Positions 34,908 to 37,177 of a stretch of DNA of 37,177 bases are shown here, one piece after another. Source of the DNA: Octopus sinensis. Taxonomy: Eukaryota. The notes beneath the pieces were generated by a model that worked only from the letters and a program-made list of their open reading frames with translations, was not told where the DNA came from and did no database searches. A program made the position numbers and the translations under genes. Location: positions 1 to 37,177 of the forward strand of contig NW_021836883.1 of NCBI RefSeq assembly GCF_006345805.1. The letters run 5' to 3'. The first letter of the stretch is position 1; every line of letters begins with the position of its first letter.

Positions 34908-34988
34908 TATTCTTTTTATTCTTTTACTTTCAGCCATTTGATTGCAGCCATGCTGGAGCACCGCCTTTAGTCGAACAAATCGACCCCA
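34908..34988 (-). mobile_element. SINE family A tail fragment
   Basis: ttcagccatttgattgcagccatgctggagcaccgcctttagtcgaacaaatcgacccc. Confidence 0.8.
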
Positions 34989-35082
34989 TATATACATATA
35001 TGTATGCATGTATATATATGGATGTATACGCTTCAAGTGGATGAAATGTGAGTGTGTGTATGAGTGAGGATATATATCTATA

Positions 35083-35158
<76 letters not shown>

Positions 35159-35471
35159 TATATATTATATAAGAATAAATTTTAAATAAAGATGTATCAT
35201 TACCGTTTATACATTATTTACTGATGTATTCAAAGCAAAGATAAGCCTATTTCTCATAGATTCATTGCATTGCTCGTGCGTATCTTTATTGTGCGTTTCC
35301 GGTGGTTTTCGAGCCTTGGCTCTGATTTTAGCAAATAGTATTATATACCCAACTGTATTTAAATTTGTCTTATATTTTGCCTGTAATGGTGTGAACTTGC
35401 TGGCCACCTTATTATTATTTATTATTTTATTAATATCATTAATAACGTTAATAATATACCTTTATATATAT

Positions 35472-35618
35472 ACCGGAGTAAACACATAAATGTGAAACAA
35501 GGTGGAAAAAAGAGTACTCAAATACCAGTGGTAGAGTAATATGCTTTATTTAAAGCAGCAGAAAATTCAACAAAACCTGTTACTCTGAGTTTCCGTTGCC
35601 GTTCATCGGACAGTTTTG
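35472..35618 (-). mobile_element. Hammerhead-bearing short element (family of 21398-21592), single copy
   Basis: Matches 21434-21592 on the opposite strand; starts right at the ribozyme and ends in (TA)n. Confidence 0.8.
35571..35618 (-). ncRNA. Type I hammerhead fold, variant core (U4C)
   Basis: Minus strand: [CAAAACUGU] CCGAUGA [ACG-GCAA-CG] GAA [ACU-CAG-AGU] A / [ACAG-G-UUUUG]; 9-bp stem I with one bulge; GUA triplet; stem II lacks the U present in the 21434 copy. Confidence 0.7.
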
Positions 35619-35702
35619 CTAGATCTGTATAGAAATATTATATATATTATTATATATATATTATATATATATTATATATGTATATATAGATATATATACA
35701 TA

Positions 35703-35744
<42 letters not shown>

Positions 35745-36446
35745 TATATATATATATATATAATATATATAGAATATTATATAAGTATATATATATATGT
35801 TCATTGTATATGCTTATCTGTTGTATACACTGAAGAAAAAGACGAATGTTGGACCGTGTTAATTTTTGTTTGTATATTAATTATATATAGGTTTTTCTCA
35901 ATTTTATAAACAACTTACTGAAATATTTCATTTACCTCCTTATTCATTTGATACTCTGCTTCATCGTAATTGACTATTTAATCTCTATTTATTTCCCCGT
36001 TATTACCCTAATTATATTTACATATTATTTCTTACCCACTAAAACAACCTGTAACCCCCTAACTCAGGCGTATACCACTATTAGCCACAAATAATATTTT
36101 TCAGTCTGCTGTGATGATTCTATAATACTACACATAAAAAACCTAAGGGTATACCCCGCTGAATAGATTTTGCCCCCCCCTCCCGAATGATTTTGATATT
36201 ATTTATTTAATCTTTATTGGGCTTAATTGAAACAGCTGTAAGGGACCATGTTGGAATATTGCTAATAATAAATCTTTATTAAATGGTACATCTCCATTTT
36301 CTTATTTCAATTTGAATAATTATAAACCATGGTTTATATACAAACCTATTATTTTACGAATATTATTATTCCCAATAAATATTAGGTATTGAACCAGTAA
36401 TTCATTGGATGATACCATCACTTAACGAAGTTAATTTGACCTCTAA

Positions 36447-36456
36447 TTGGATGTAT

Positions 36457-36530
<74 letters not shown>

Positions 36531-36542
36531 ATAGAGAGAGAG

Positions 36543-36608
<66 letters not shown>

Positions 36609-36609
36609 T

Positions 36610-36657
<48 letters not shown>

Positions 36658-36685
36658 GATAGATAGATAGATAGATAGATAGATG

Positions 36686-36752
<67 letters not shown>
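36447..36752. repeat. (GATA)n with internal (GA)n
   Basis: Direct reading. Confidence 0.95.
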
Positions 36753-36753
<1 letters not shown>

Positions 36754-37177
36754 TGCATATGCATGTATGTGTGTGTGCGCATGTGAGTGTGTGTATGAAG
36801 GATGGATATTTATATATATATATATATGCGTATGCTTTGTGCATGTGTGTAAAGCATGTATGCACGTATATATATATGTGTGTACGTATTTGTATTTATA
36901 CAAATATTGTTTGTGTGTAGGTATATAATAGTTTTAGGGTCACTTACCGATCCTATAGCCATTACACAAGTTAAAGATAAAAAAAAACACGTTCTCTGCA
37001 TCTGTATTTAAACGACAAACAGGAAATTATAAAAACGCAGATAACAGGAAGTTGATGTCAAAAACATAGAAAGGAAGCAGTATTTCAGAAATAGTGGAAT
37101 GAAAATATGACTGAATAATGGAGTGAAGCTATCTTTTTTTATGAAACACCATCAAGTATGTATTAGTGGCTAACTAA

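Noticed and set aside
4613-37001. Dozens of Y/I/C/V/M/H/T-rich ORFs, including the 377-aa ORF at 4879-6012
   Set aside because: They are translations of (TA)n, (CA)n, (TACA)n and (GATA)n tracts, which lack stops in some frames.
1-37177. CRISPR arrays, rRNA genes, prokaryotic operons
   Set aside because: No constant repeats with unique spacers, no rRNA-like sequence and no gene-dense coding; the window is eukaryotic repeat-rich DNA.

Overview
AT-rich, microsatellite-saturated animal DNA with no confidently callable host protein-coding gene. It is intergenic or intronic, and the tRNA-headed SINE set and repeat landscape suggest an octopus/cephalopod (inference, not a database match). Nearly all listed ORFs are microsatellite or SINE artefacts. 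The window holds about 20 tRNA-derived SINE copies or fragments (family labels A-E are my own), two MITEs with TIRs, a non-autonomous Helitron, remnants of hAT, RTE-like and R4/Dong-like elements, and a probable solo LTR. The main unexpected signal is six type I hammerhead-ribozyme folds from five unrelated short repeat families, plus one partial and one decayed copy. Three have the canonical CUGANGA core (13347-13398, 20131-20194, 26085-26137). Three, from two families, share a non-canonical CCGAN(G/A)A (U4C) core and an ACUCNGAGU stem III (21434-21471, 23817-23877, 35571-35618). Three of these elements are head-to-head inverted duplications in or next to (TA)n, as expected for Penelope-like pseudo-LTR or retrozyme-type elements. 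All folds were paired by eye and none is tested for activity. Other points of interest are combinatorial head/centre/tail swapping among SINEs, two separately dimerised SINEs with the same junction, and a 41-bp palindrome that reads as a Helitron 3' end on both strands.
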